A DNA stretch of 64,000 nt from Cytophagales bacterium (lineage in GTDB: Bacteria > Bacteroidota > Bacteroidia > Cytophagales > JAAEPT01): assembly GCA_965267335.1 (NCBI GenBank), contig OZ253953.1, positions 4,270,707 to 4,334,706 of the forward strand. Reading direction: 5' to 3'. The position numbers were made by a program, and so were the translations under genes. A model generated the notes under the pieces. The model was not told the DNA's origin and did not search any database. It saw only the letters and a list, made by a program, of their open reading frames with translations. Below are positions 61,034 through 64,000 of the stretch, in pieces (the first letter of the stretch is position 1; every line of letters starts with the position of its first letter).

Positions 61034-61816
61034 ATGCCTGATCACACAACTATATTCTACCAAAACATTCCCCAGGATCAGCAAGGAGTGTTCATGGCCG
61101 GTAAAGTTAATCCCGAATTCGAATCATGGTATCTCAAAGCAAGAGAGGTAGAACAAAGAGTTTTAAATGATGAACAGGTGAAAATACTTCCCAAAATAGA
61201 ATCCACGCACCCGCATTATGATGAGTGGCACTTAAGATCAAAAAGTGCAGACCGCTTTGAGAAATATTTATCGGGAAAACAAGAAACAAAACTCCTGGAA
61301 ATTGGCTGTGGGAATGGATGGTTCACTCATATCTGCTCAAAGTCGGTTAAACATGCAGTCGGTGTTGACGTCAATCTACTTGAACTCCATCAGGCACAAA
61401 AAGTTTTTTCAGCACCAAACCTTAGTTTCTGTTACTGGAATATCTTTGAAGAAAATCCGTTTGAAACATTCTTTGACATTGTAGTTTTCAATGCCAGCAT
61501 TCAATATTTCGAGGAGCTAGATGCGTTATTTGAAAGGGTTTGTACATTACTCAGTCCCGAGGGCGAGCTACATATTATAGACAGCCCATTTTATTACCAG
61601 TCAGAGTTACAAAATGCAAAAAGCAGAACTGAACAGTATTATAAGAATGCAGGAATCCCTGAAATGATAAAATATTATCATCACCATTCCTACGCTGACC
61701 TAAGGGGTTTTGAAAAACTCTATACCCCGCCCGGGTTCATCTCTAAAAAGCTACTGGGCAAAAAAGACAGTCCATTTGGATGGTACAGAAAATACTTCGC
61801 AGAACTTTCCGCATAA
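61034..61816 (+). CDS. Class I SAM-dependent methyltransferase
   Basis: LEIGCGNG, FDIV, LSPEG. Confidence 0.88.
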   Translation: MPDHTTIFYQNIPQDQQGVFMAGKVNPEFESWYLKAREVEQRVLNDEQVKILPKIESTHPHYDEWHLRSKSADRFEKYLSGKQETKLLEIGCGNGWFTHICSKSVKHAVGVDVNLLELHQAQKVFSAPNLSFCYWNIFEENPFETFFDIVVFNASIQYFEELDALFERVCTLLSPEGELHIIDSPFYYQSELQNAKSRTEQYYKNAGIPEMIKYYHHHSYADLRGFEKLYTPPGFISKKLLGKKDSPFGWYRKYFAELSA

Positions 61817-61855
61817 GTAGCTGATAATTTGCATATTTATATAAACACCGAATAG

Positions 61856-62935
61856 ATGAACTTCTTTCTTCCCTCAGTAGTCATTTCGTTCTTACTGCTC
61901 ACCTTTTGTTCTCAAAACAAAGATCAAGGCAGTGACCAGAGCATAGCCACTCATGATCTAAACAAAGGAGATGAGCTTTCAAAAGAGTGGGAAGAAGCAG
62001 TCGAAACAGATGATACAACTGGTGTATCCTGGGTCAATTTTCAAAATTATCAACAAGGCTCAATTTACTTTTCCTTGGTTGATAACCTTAGAATAAGAAA
62101 TGCCCCTTCACTCAAAGGCAAAGAAATAAAAAAAGTAGGGTATGGAGCTATGCTTTATTACTCTGGCCGAACCCGGGGAGAAGAACTATCCCTAAAACTT
62201 CGGGGAATCATGCGCACAGGAAAGTGGTATGAAGTAACCACAAAAGATGGAGGTACAACAGGTTGGACGTTTGCCGGAGCACTTATTAGTGACGAGGATG
62301 TAATCAAAGTAGGACCAGACCGTAAATACAAAAACCTGCAGAGTGCTTTGGAGGCGACCGAAGGCAATACCATCATCCATATTGACGAAGGCAAGTATAT
62401 TCAGGATGAAGAAATCTCGGTTGGAGGATATGTACGGAATGGGGTGACTTACGATGTAAAAAACACTTTAATCGAAGGAAAAGGAGAAGTGAAATTGGTG
62501 TGTTCCGACAAAGATGCCAATGTAATGTGGATTGGATCTGATGATATCACTCTTCGCAACTTGAGTCTTTACCATGAACCGAAAGTTGATGATGGACAAC
62601 CTCCCTACTGCTCTGGTAACGTGATTACATTGGATATTGGGTCCAATCTAACGATTGAAGACTGTGAATTAAACGGTTGTGGTAGAGTAGGGCTCTATTA
62701 CAACACTGGACCGACCAAAGTGACACTCAAAAATAATCACATTTTTAACAACAGCTTTTGTGCGATCATTGATGGTGATGGAAACAAACTATTTGCAGAA
62801 GACCCAAATCATAGCCATATTATCTTCGAAAATAATAAGATTGAAAAGAATGGTAATGGCTCGATTGAGTACTATGACCGTGATTCAGAAACCTACTACA
62901 GCGGAGATTACGAAGAAGAATATGACGGGCATTAA
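61856..62935 (+). CDS. Lipoprotein with SH3b-like domain and right-handed beta-helix
   Basis: LRIRNAP...WYEV...GWTFA, then YKNLQSAL...GKY, ITLRNL and IEDCEL repeats. Confidence 0.72.
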   Translation: MNFFLPSVVISFLLLTFCSQNKDQGSDQSIATHDLNKGDELSKEWEEAVETDDTTGVSWVNFQNYQQGSIYFSLVDNLRIRNAPSLKGKEIKKVGYGAMLYYSGRTRGEELSLKLRGIMRTGKWYEVTTKDGGTTGWTFAGALISDEDVIKVGPDRKYKNLQSALEATEGNTIIHIDEGKYIQDEEISVGGYVRNGVTYDVKNTLIEGKGEVKLVCSDKDANVMWIGSDDITLRNLSLYHEPKVDDGQPPYCSGNVITLDIGSNLTIEDCELNGCGRVGLYYNTGPTKVTLKNNHIFNNSFCAIIDGDGNKLFAEDPNHSHIIFENNKIEKNGNGSIEYYDRDSETYYSGDYEEEYDGH

Positions 62936-62954
62936 AACTTCAAAAAATTAACCC

Positions 62955-63914
62955 ATGAAACGAATCAGCAGACTATTTTTTCTTGTACTTGTACCGGTCA
63001 TTGTATCCTGTTCGGAAACTAAGGAACAAGAACAAGCCGAAACTCCTGACGAATGCGCTCCCGAAATTCAGCACCCAAAATACATTGGACAGTATGTTCT
63101 GGCGCAAATGGACGAATCTTCTTCCGAGCTCAGCATTGCTGTGAATTGCGAAACTAAGGAGCCAACACAAATTGAGCTGAACCCATTTGGTGCTTATGAC
63201 AGTGGATACTATTTATCAATGGATAAGGAGGGCGAAGTCATGTATGAATTCAAAGAGTTTGCGGAAGACGGCTCCGTGCTCTCATTTGAGGCTGAAGGCC
63301 CGGATGGAGTAAAAATAAAGATCAAGATGGAAGAAGGTGATGGGAATAAAAGCTTCAAGCTCTCGATAGGAGAAAAGCAGTGGTTATTGGTGCCTGCCGA
63401 GGACAAGGATATATATCCCACAAATATTTGTAAAGAAGGTATTTCGGAAGAAGACTTTACCGATGAGATAATTAAGGTACTCCACCTTATGAAAAACAAG
63501 AGCCCTGAATTAGGTCGGTATATTCCGAGTGAAGGTATCATCTACGCAACTCCGGGCCCAGGTTTACATCCATATGTTGATACAATTCTTGGGGAACTTC
63601 ATGAAAAAGGAGCAAGCCGGTTTTCTTCCAAGAATTTCATTAAAGCAATGGATTTAGTTCAACTTCATATGGATGAAGAAGAGAGCTACTTAAATTATGT
63701 AGAGAGCATGCCCGATCGCTGTATGCCACCTTCCAGCTCAATGTTCATTATCATGGAAATGTCTGATGATACAGAACAGGCAAGTGCAAAAATCTTACTC
63801 ACCGTACCTGTCGAAGATGAGGAAGGGGTTTATCAGCAAGTAGCAGTGTTTGACTTTTACTACGATTCTCAGCTCTGGATAAGAAAGATTGACTTCACGG
63901 AGTGCGGGGCATAG
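62955..63914 (+). CDS. Hypothetical lipoprotein
   Basis: IVSC lipobox; acidic composition. Confidence 0.7.
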   Translation: MKRISRLFFLVLVPVIVSCSETKEQEQAETPDECAPEIQHPKYIGQYVLAQMDESSSELSIAVNCETKEPTQIELNPFGAYDSGYYLSMDKEGEVMYEFKEFAEDGSVLSFEAEGPDGVKIKIKMEEGDGNKSFKLSIGEKQWLLVPAEDKDIYPTNICKEGISEEDFTDEIIKVLHLMKNKSPELGRYIPSEGIIYATPGPGLHPYVDTILGELHEKGASRFSSKNFIKAMDLVQLHMDEEESYLNYVESMPDRCMPPSSSMFIIMEMSDDTEQASAKILLTVPVEDEEGVYQQVAVFDFYYDSQLWIRKIDFTECGA

Positions 63915-63925
63915 GACTTAAGAGC

Positions 63926-64000
63926 TTAGGCAGGCTCTTCCTTCTCCTCTATTAGCACCGTAGGAATTTCAATAGAGAAAATGCTGCCCTCACCCGGCTC
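63926..64000 (-). CDS. 3' end of a probable sensor histidine kinase (partial)
   Basis: Translates EPGEGSIFSIEIPTVLIEEKEEPA*, resembling the last HATPase_c strand. Confidence 0.55.
   Translation of the reverse strand, partial: EPGEGSIFSIEIPTVLIEEKEEPA

Noticed and set aside
60955-61035. Extended murI N-terminus overlapping the methyltransferase start
   Set aside because: The MurI signature begins right after ATG 60954; the extension is more likely the divergent promoter region.

Overview
A 64 kb chromosomal segment from a Bacteroidota genome, probably Cytophagales-like. The evidence is TAnnTTTG promoters, type IX secretion (T9SS) sorting domains, and a PD40-OmpA protein. Most of it is housekeeping: a glycogen branching enzyme, typA, a fatty acid desaturase, a TetR-TolC-MFP-RND efflux operon, a PAS hybrid kinase, metG, tRNA-Gln-prs-rplY-pth, tRNA-Lys/Leu, rlmD, thiL, wecB, mce, an IscA-type protein, a nuoH-N cluster with purF, and murI. 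I found no CRISPR array, transposase, integrase or reverse transcriptase. The most unusual features are non-coding or small mobile ones. (1) A six-copy tandem array of 231-243 bp structured palindromic units (8252-9654) shows a covarying stem pair and higher-order mosaicism. (2) A decayed second tRNA-Gln copy appears to be interrupted by up to three short palindromes. (3) A four-helix-bundle gene sits inside the nuo operon between inverted heptamer repeats, and a second one follows tRNA-Leu. (4) An XRE-HTH fusion gene is paired with an AbiEii-type nucleotidyltransferase. All calls come from reading the sequence and motifs only; no database searches were run.
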